NCBI GenBank assembly: GCA_048882325.1
Contig: JBHLRS010000002.1
Location: 1-64,000 of the forward strand
DNA: 64,000 bases
Reading direction: 5' to 3'
DNA from: Candidatus Thorarchaeota archaeon
Lineage (GTDB): Archaea > Asgardarchaeota > Thorarchaeia > Thorarchaeales > Thorarchaeaceae
In this document: positions 29,622 to 36,535 of the stretch, one piece after another
How the letters are laid out: the number at the start of each line of letters is the position of its first letter
How positions within the stretch are numbered: the stretch's first letter is position 1
Notes under the pieces: generated by a model
Databases searched by the model: none
What the model saw: the letters and a program-made list of their open reading frames with translations, nothing else
What the model was told of the DNA's origin: nothing
Translations under genes and position numbers: made by a program

Positions 29622-30710
29622 ATGCAATTTGCAGAGATTGAGTTCACAGTAAACGTGCTCATATTACTCTCCTGTTGCTGTTGGGCGTTGGTGAGGGCGG
29701 CTTCTGAAGAGGAAAAGAAACCGAGGAAAAAGAGAAGATATCGAACTGGTACCGTAGATGAATACATCAAGGGAAGACCGCGAACAAGTGGTCAAGATGT
29801 CTTCCCCAGTCGTAGATATAGTACCCCGATGTATCCAGCTCGACCCGCAAAGAAGCCAATTCCTGGAGTTGCATCATCCCTGTCGAGGGTTTCTGAAGAT
29901 CCAGAACGGAGTGAAGTAAAGGCTCTTCGGGGTGGGGAGTTCATAGGTAATCGAATGAGATTCAAGGTCAAAGTTAGAAATGACTCAGAATTCATAATTA
30001 CAGATGTCAGAGTGTATCTACTCTCATTCCCGAAGGAAGCTCTCCGACTTGCTGGAGAGGATGATGCATACTTCTCCAAGATTGAGCCTGGAGGTTTCAG
30101 AAGTCCAGCATTCGACTTTCTGCCAACTCAAGACTGCGTGAGAGGCGAGATTGTAGCTGGACTCTCATTTGTTGATATGAAGGGAAAAGCTCACACAATC
30201 AGCACAAAACCATTTGTCATTAGAGCTGTATGTGACCTGCTTCTCCCCGACCAAGTTAGTCCAGAGGACTTCGAGCTCAAATTGAAAGAGCATGAACACG
30301 GGGAGATCGTCATCAAGGTAAACGAGTGGACTCCTGAGGAGATGTTTGAAAAAGCGCTAAAACTCGTAGACGAATCGAACTTCTTTGAGGTTAGTAGCAA
30401 TCTTGAAGTGACTGAGGGAATTGTCTATGCAAAAATAAGTGGATATGCGAAAGGGAAGTACACCGGAAAGAGTGTAGGGGTTCAAATAAGCATCACTGGA
30501 CCGAGTAGTGAGAGGGGTGCAAGCTGTACTGTGAGAGTGTCAGGTGAGGACCAAGCAATGATCCTCCCGGCTATCGATGACCTGAGAGAACGGCTCAGTG
30601 CTTGGCTTTGCCCGATGTGTGGATCAACACTGACTCTTGAGAATGTTGAAGACCTGAAGCAGGGCAAGGTAGTGTGTTGTCCTTTCTGTGACGTTTCTAT
30701 TGGAAGATAA
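29622..30710 (+). CDS. membrane-anchored adaptin/COP-appendage-like protein with Zn ribbon (paralogue 3)
   Basis: N-terminal TM with SCCC; same conserved module; GAGGAGG SD-like sequence upstream. Confidence 0.65.
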   Translation: MQFAEIEFTVNVLILLSCCCWALVRAASEEEKKPRKKRRYRTGTVDEYIKGRPRTSGQDVFPSRRYSTPMYPARPAKKPIPGVASSLSRVSEDPERSEVKALRGGEFIGNRMRFKVKVRNDSEFIITDVRVYLLSFPKEALRLAGEDDAYFSKIEPGGFRSPAFDFLPTQDCVRGEIVAGLSFVDMKGKAHTISTKPFVIRAVCDLLLPDQVSPEDFELKLKEHEHGEIVIKVNEWTPEEMFEKALKLVDESNFFEVSSNLEVTEGIVYAKISGYAKGKYTGKSVGVQISITGPSSERGASCTVRVSGEDQAMILPAIDDLRERLSAWLCPMCGSTLTLENVEDLKQGKVVCCPFCDVSIGR

Positions 30711-30814
30711 TCAGCCAAATCGATTAATATACACAAAAAGAAAACAACAAACAGGAAACATCGTCTAGGGGGCGATGTAACTCTGGAAATACAGGACATG
30801 GAAATTCGAAAAAC

Positions 30815-33604
30815 ATGATGGAGTTTCCTAAAGAGGTAAAGTTTCGGTCAATATGGCGATCATATCAAGCTCGAGTGCTTTCTGAGCTTGACCAACATCT
30901 TGATGATAACAAACTGCATGTGGTGGCGGCTCCTGGCTCAGGAAAGACCGTCCTTGGTCTTGAGGTTGTGCACCGAATAAATAGACCAACCTTGATACTA
31001 GCACCGACCTTGGCAATTCGAGACCAATGGATTCAAAGACTAGTAGAATTATATCTGCCAAAGAACGCTAAAACACCAGAATGGATTTCAAGAGACCTCA
31101 CCGATCTTGGTTTCATAACAGTTGCAACCTATCAAGCATTACATACAGCAATGAGTCGCAAACTTAAGGAAGAGATAGGAGTTCCGGAGGAAATTGAAGA
31201 GCTACATGAAACAGAACAGATTGAGAAGCTGGAGGAGGATCTTGAGGAAGAGGATGACGCAACAAGTGACATTCATTCTTGGCTGGACCAAACCAAGAGA
31301 AGAAAAAATGCACCCCTTCCAGATCTTGTTGAGCAATTGATAGATCGAGGGGTCAATACAATTGTACTTGATGAGGCGCACCACCTAAGGTCAAGCTGGT
31401 GGAAAAGTCTCACATCACTGATCAAAGGACTTGGACAACCAACAACACTTGCACTCACTGCAACACCTCCATTTGATGTCCCTCCTGCAGAGTGGGACCG
31501 TTATATGGAACTCTGTGGACCTGTGGATGCGCAGATTCCAGTTCCGGAGCTAATAATGGAAGAGAATCTCTGTCCACATCAAGACTTGGTGGTATTCTCG
31601 ACACCATCTGAAGCTGAGAGTGCAGAGATTACTAAGTTCAGGACGGAGGTCACGTTGTTTGTCCGAAACCTCCAAACAAAGCATCAGTTTCGAAACTATA
31701 TCCGAGCACACGAGTGGCTGAATCCACCTGAATCTCATATCGAAGAGATACTCGACCAACCGGAATTCTTCTCTAGCATCCTTGTTTACCTGTATCATCA
31801 TGGAGTCGAAATTCCTGAGTCAGCGATAGAGATTATAGCAGATTCAAAGCGCGGCATTCCTTCATTCAACCTAGAATGGTTTGAGATTCTCCTGACTGGA
31901 ATCCTTTATCCAAAGGGAATAGACCGACCAAAACTGGATCCGTTTCTTGAGGAAATTCGTGCTGATCTCAAACGCATTGGTGCACTAGAGAGGAGGAAAG
32001 TGTTTCTCAGAAGTGCATCAGCTGTGGATAAGATTCTGAAACAAAGCATTTCGAAATTACAGCGAATTGTAGAGATAGCACAAAAGGAGAATGAGTCACT
32101 CAGAGAAAACTTACGAATGGTGATTTTGACAGATTATATCAGACAAGCCTTCATGCCTCAGACTCCCGACGACCAACCAATCTTGAATAAGATCGGAGTT
32201 GTACCAATCTTCGAAGCAATAAGGCGTGAAGGTTTAGATCGGTCGAGAATTGGTGTATTAAGTGGTTCATTGGTCATCATTCCATCAAAATCTGAAAGTA
32301 AATTCCGAGAGTGTGCAATGGCCCTTGGTATTGACAGTAATGAGATGGCATTAAAGCCCTTGATTCATGATTCGGAATTCCTTAGAGTGCGAGTAAAGGA
32401 TTCTGAAAAACATAAGCTTGTAAGAGCTGTTACAGACTTATTCACGATAGGTGCCGTGAATATACTCATCGGTACAAAGAGTCTCCTTGGAGAGGGATGG
32501 GATGCACCATCAATCAACTCATTGGTACTTGCAAGTTTTGTAGGATCGTACATGCTCTCAAACCAGATGAGAGGAAGAGCAATCAGAAGTGAGAGGGGGA
32601 ATCCCGACAAGACAGCGAATATCTGGCATCTGGTTTGTATTGAGCCAGAATCCCGTCTAGCTGGTGAGGATTTTGATACGATGCTAAGGAGATTCAAAGC
32701 TTTCGTAGGTGTGTCCTCAGTTGAACCAGTAATAGAAAACGGATTTGCCCGATTGGATGTTGGAAAACCACCGTTCGAAAAGGATGAACTCAAAGCCTAC
32801 AACCAACGCATGTTTGCTCTTGCCAAAGATAGAGACGCCATTCGACGTTCGTGGGATGAAGCTCTGCGTAGAGGGGAAGAAGGAGTTCGTCTTGTCGAGG
32901 ACATTCAAGCTGAAAAGGTTTACCTACCCAGAGGCTTTGTCTTCAGCAATACCATTTCCGCTTTGTTTTGGCAAGGACTGTTTTTGGCAGGTTACATTAT
33001 ATCCGAATATGCTGAAGGAATGGCACCCCCAACATGGGAAGCATTCCTATTCACACTCCTCGTGTTATTCATCATTTGTCTGATAATAATGGCTCCAACA
33101 ACATTCAAGGCAATCTATCTATTCATCAAACATGGACCAGTAAAGAATAGCCTAGAACAAATCGGAACAGCTGTATTGAAAACCCTATGTCACATAGGCG
33201 AAATCCGGACAGAATACAAGGAGATGCGTGTGGTCATTGAGGAAGGAGAATATGGATTAGTATTCTGTAGAATAGATGGTGGAAACGCTAGGGAGAAGTC
33301 CTTGTTTCTCCAAGCTTTACAGGAATTACTTAATCCAATTGAAAACCCAAGATATCTCCTTGTCAGGAAATCAATGTGGTGGAATCGATTCACTCGTAAG
33401 GACTATCATTCTGTACCATCAATCATTGGTGCAAAGAAGGAATATGCTGAGTATTTCGCAGACCAGTGGAGTAAACGGGTTGGTCGGATGAACCTTATCT
33501 ATACAAGAACTAGGGATGGAAGAATTGAACTAATTCGCGCCCGTAACAAGTCCCTGTCTGCTACATTCAGACCGAGATCAGAGCGTCTAACAAGATGGAA
33601 ATGA
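30815..33604 (+). CDS. SF2 DExH helicase (ResIII/Rad25-like) with C-terminal TM hairpin
   Basis: APGSGKT, TYQ, DEAHH, LTATP, LGEGWD, QMRGRAIR; two hydrophobic helices near the C-terminus. Confidence 0.88.
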   Translation: MMEFPKEVKFRSIWRSYQARVLSELDQHLDDNKLHVVAAPGSGKTVLGLEVVHRINRPTLILAPTLAIRDQWIQRLVELYLPKNAKTPEWISRDLTDLGFITVATYQALHTAMSRKLKEEIGVPEEIEELHETEQIEKLEEDLEEEDDATSDIHSWLDQTKRRKNAPLPDLVEQLIDRGVNTIVLDEAHHLRSSWWKSLTSLIKGLGQPTTLALTATPPFDVPPAEWDRYMELCGPVDAQIPVPELIMEENLCPHQDLVVFSTPSEAESAEITKFRTEVTLFVRNLQTKHQFRNYIRAHEWLNPPESHIEEILDQPEFFSSILVYLYHHGVEIPESAIEIIADSKRGIPSFNLEWFEILLTGILYPKGIDRPKLDPFLEEIRADLKRIGALERRKVFLRSASAVDKILKQSISKLQRIVEIAQKENESLRENLRMVILTDYIRQAFMPQTPDDQPILNKIGVVPIFEAIRREGLDRSRIGVLSGSLVIIPSKSESKFRECAMALGIDSNEMALKPLIHDSEFLRVRVKDSEKHKLVRAVTDLFTIGAVNILIGTKSLLGEGWDAPSINSLVLASFVGSYMLSNQMRGRAIRSERGNPDKTANIWHLVCIEPESRLAGEDFDTMLRRFKAFVGVSSVEPVIENGFARLDVGKPPFEKDELKAYNQRMFALAKDRDAIRRSWDEALRRGEEGVRLVEDIQAEKVYLPRGFVFSNTISALFWQGLFLAGYIISEYAEGMAPPTWEAFLFTLLVLFIICLIIMAPTTFKAIYLFIKHGPVKNSLEQIGTAVLKTLCHIGEIRTEYKEMRVVIEEGEYGLVFCRIDGGNAREKSLFLQALQELLNPIENPRYLLVRKSMWWNRFTRKDYHSVPSIIGAKKEYAEYFADQWSKRVGRMNLIYTRTRDGRIELIRARNKSLSATFRPRSERLTRWK

Positions 33605-33611
33605 TAAATGA

Positions 33612-33635
33612 GGTGTGAGATAGGATTCTCACACC
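33612..33635. terminator. hairpin between convergent genes
   Basis: GGTGTGAGA-taggat-TCTCACACC perfect 9-bp stem. Confidence 0.6.
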
Positions 33636-33649
33636 CATTACACTGAATG

Positions 33650-34321
33650 TTATGCAAATCCCCGGCTTGGACCAGAACCTAGCCTAAGTTGAGCATAACG
33701 AGCGTCATCGTGTGGAGCAGCTCCTTCAAGCTGCCTTTGCAGCTTTTTGTACTCATCCTCGCAAGTCGCTTGGAGCTGGAACTTTGTTATGCTAAGTCTG
33801 ATTTCATTTCTGGTAATCTCCTCGATGAAATGAGGTGGAACAAGAAGGTCAATGTCAGGTTGAGCCCTAATACGCTCGAGCAGCTCTTCAAAAAACCCAC
33901 CACCAAGTACAAGCCACATGACATTATCCCGGTCAAACCAGATATCAATGACAAATCCAATCTTGAAATTATCAGAATCAACGACCTTTATGTCAGAGAG
34001 CTTTGAGAAAGTATAGTCGTCTTCGCCCAGTACTCCCGGGTCAATGGTCTTTTTTAGAGAGTCTTTTTCAACCTTCAAGTAGACCTTGTCAGATATCGAG
34101 GCGACATCCTCGAGTCTGATAACAGGATCAATATCAGGTCTTACGCCAATAGATTCGAGAAACTCCTCGATTCTTCCACCTCCCAGTACGATGTACTTCA
34201 GGTCCAGTCTATTTTCGCCACAGCCAAAAATCCAATCGTTTACCTCACCAACGTTCACGCCATTGGAGTCGACAACATCCTTGCTTCGAATTTCACTGTA
34301 CTTTAGTTCACAGCAATCCAT
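33650..34321 (-). CDS. tandem PRC-barrel domain protein
   Basis: Two repeats: YSEIRSKDVVDSNGVNVGEVND / FSKLSDIKVVDSDNFKIGFVID, each followed by LGGG..EE.LE.I...PDID. Confidence 0.85.
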   Translation of the reverse strand: MDCCELKYSEIRSKDVVDSNGVNVGEVNDWIFGCGENRLDLKYIVLGGGRIEEFLESIGVRPDIDPVIRLEDVASISDKVYLKVEKDSLKKTIDPGVLGEDDYTFSKLSDIKVVDSDNFKIGFVIDIWFDRDNVMWLVLGGGFFEELLERIRAQPDIDLLVPPHFIEEITRNEIRLSITKFQLQATCEDEYKKLQRQLEGAAPHDDARYAQLRLGSGPSRGFA

Positions 34322-34452
34322 TATCCCAAACCTCGTGTTTATTCACAATAGTTAACATTTAAGCTTTCGTGTTATTCACTGCGAAATGCGTTAGGAAAAG
34401 AAAAACATACATCCTGAAAAAGGATTGGGAGCCCGAAATGGGGCTCAAAAAT

Positions 34453-34755
34453 CTAGTAGACTTCTCTAGGACTCTCTCTGAGGCGATCAGGAAGCTGACC
34501 ACCCTCACCCAAGACCTCAAGCTCGTGGTCTCGGCCATATCGACCACCGTCGTTGCAGAGGAAGCCTGTCTTTGTGATGCCCCTAGCTTGACGCTCAGCG
34601 GCACGACGAGTAATCATGGTTTTTCCTGATGGAACTGTCATAATCAACTTCTTCTGGGTTTCATCAATCACCAGTAAGATTGTATCATCACTGGCACTAC
34701 GTGTGGTCTCGAAAAATTGAGAGGTCGACTCATTAAACTCGAGGTAGACTGGCAT
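34453..34755 (-). CDS. small gelsolin-domain-like protein (putative)
   Basis: DDTILLVIDETQKKLIMTVPSGKTMITRRAAERQARGI follows the strand-strand-long-helix pattern of gelsolin domains; GGAGG upstream; hairpin at 34429-34446 downstream. Confidence 0.55.
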   Translation of the reverse strand: MPVYLEFNESTSQFFETTRSASDDTILLVIDETQKKLIMTVPSGKTMITRRAAERQARGITKTGFLCNDGGRYGRDHELEVLGEGGQLPDRLRESPREVY

Positions 34756-34863
34756 TCGGAATCAAAGCCTCCAAGTGGCTACTTAAACTAGAATGGTTTC
34801 TGGGCGTTTATTAATGAATCTCGCGCGAGTTCCATTATAGAATTGGTTCACTATTGTTGCAAA

Positions 34864-35544
34864 TCATAGGAGATGCGCAGTTCCACAATGAGCGCACACA
34901 ACAGCGTTCTCAAACTCACCTGGTAATGGTAGTGGGGCTCCGCAATTTTGGCATTTGAGGTCTCTTATCTCCGACCGTTTCTCCTGAGGGATGTTCAATT
35001 TGAAGACTCGTTCTGCAACATCCTGAATGGTCTTCCCAACCTTTTGAGCAGCTTGACCAATCGAACTCCTTTCAGGATCGCTCAAGGAACCAAGACCAAC
35101 AGCTCTGAAGAAGTTGTCAATTGCTCGCCCAATCTTTCCAAATACTGAACCGGCTTTGTATGACATGACCTCAGGAACCTGCAGTTCTAGAAGTTCAGTG
35201 TCGGGATGGCCGGGGATTTCATATCCTTGTTTCCAGTCGACTCGCTCTGAGCGTATTGAGGACAATGCCTGACCACAACTGGGACAATACATCTGCCACT
35301 CCTTACCGAAGAACCCTTTCCTTTTCTTTCTTTCACCAACATTGTACCAACAGCGTTTGTGTGCGAGTTTTTCACAATTGGGACAAGGGAAGAGATGAAA
35401 TGTGTCGGGTTTGACTTTGGCCGTTCCACCAGTGTGTATCTTGAGATATGCAAGGTCGTCACCCGTGTTGTTGAGGAGATACTTACCACAGATGAAACAG
35501 GTTCTTCCATCCAACTTGTTCATTTTATCAGGAGTGATTTTCAT
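34864..35544 (-). CDS. Zn-finger protein: C4HC3 (PHD/RING-variant-like) + C-terminal Zn ribbon
   Basis: CFIC...CPNC-x4-H-x2-C...CPSC; CQNC...CAHC. Confidence 0.75.
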   Translation of the reverse strand: MKITPDKMNKLDGRTCFICGKYLLNNTGDDLAYLKIHTGGTAKVKPDTFHLFPCPNCEKLAHKRCWYNVGERKKRKGFFGKEWQMYCPSCGQALSSIRSERVDWKQGYEIPGHPDTELLELQVPEVMSYKAGSVFGKIGRAIDNFFRAVGLGSLSDPERSSIGQAAQKVGKTIQDVAERVFKLNIPQEKRSEIRDLKCQNCGAPLPLPGEFENAVVCAHCGTAHLL

Positions 35545-35829
35545 GTCATAAGAACCTCAATGATTCCCAAACCATGAGGCAATAAGAACCTTACAGATTG
35601 TGTATTTTAACAAAATCCGAAAGGCTCTTAGCACCGACTTGAATTCGAACACAACCGCAGTGTGTCATTCCTCAGTCAACCATTTAGTTTACTCAGACTC
35701 TTTAATATCGAGAGTTATTATTGACCTGATGAGGATTTGAGGAGTGTTCCACATAGTAATATGCAACTGTCATTATGATACTGAGTTATATTAGGAAGAA
35801 TCAGAGAGAATCAATGGCGGGTATTCACC

Positions 35830-36480
35830 GTGTTCGAATATGTTCAAGAGAGAGAGGTTGGCAAAAGACTAGAACCCAGAACCATGGTGTATGTCATAAC
35901 AACAGGAGAGCCAAAAGGATTCAATTATCAAGAACTTACAGAACGTGGTGAGAACCAATTATTCGAGATGGCAAGGTCCCGAGTAGCAAGCGGAGTGAGA
36001 GTCCTGTATTCAGCTACTGACAAAATTGCTGTGATGTCATCTGAGGTTTTGGCAAAAGAGTTTGAATCAAAAGTCAAGAAAATGAACTGTCTTGATTCTG
36101 TTAAGTTCAGTAAGGGAACTGATACTCTTGAGGTCGTGGGAGAAACCATGAAGCAAATGTGGCAAGATGTAGACTTTGTACCACCAGTTGGAGAGTCTTT
36201 GGCTGAAGCGAGAGTTCGTTTTGGAAGTTGCATGGGTGGAATAGTAGCGCGACATCAAGACGATGTAGTAGCTGTAGTCGTAGATCCTTTAATCGCATTT
36301 CTTTTCTACTCTCATGTTACTGCAACACCTTTAGATATCAGCGAATGGTATTCAATGGGTCATGCAGCATGTGCTATGTATGAGTACTCACGTGGATGGA
36401 GTCTTGTAATACCGCCAGATAACAGCTATTTGAGTGATCCCACCACAGTTCATGATATATTACCAGAAGAGCTGTTCTGA
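35830..36480 (+). CDS. histidine phosphatase (phosphoglycerate mutase-like) fold protein lacking the catalytic His
   Basis: LTERGENQ, LYSA, GESLAEARVR; RHG replaced by TTG. Confidence 0.75.
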   Translation: MFEYVQEREVGKRLEPRTMVYVITTGEPKGFNYQELTERGENQLFEMARSRVASGVRVLYSATDKIAVMSSEVLAKEFESKVKKMNCLDSVKFSKGTDTLEVVGETMKQMWQDVDFVPPVGESLAEARVRFGSCMGGIVARHQDDVVAVVVDPLIAFLFYSHVTATPLDISEWYSMGHAACAMYEYSRGWSLVIPPDNSYLSDPTTVHDILPEELF

Positions 36481-36486
36481 GTGATT

Positions 36487-36526
36487 AAAAAAGAGAGAGA
36501 AGAACCGGAGCAAATGTCCGGTCTTC
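36487..36526 (-). terminator. hairpin + pyrimidine tail between convergent genes
   Basis: GAAGAACCGGA...TCCGGTCTTC stem; minus-strand tail TCTCTCTCTTTTTT. Confidence 0.55.
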
Positions 36527-36535
36527 ATAGATAGA

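Noticed and set aside
25780-30710. DNA-level repeats suggesting a mobile element or misassembly
   Set aside because: The similarity is confined to the coding module of three paralogues and shows many synonymous differences, consistent with older gene duplication.
30815-33604. Type III restriction-modification system
   Set aside because: No adjacent methyltransferase and no recognisable PD-(D/E)xK nuclease motif.
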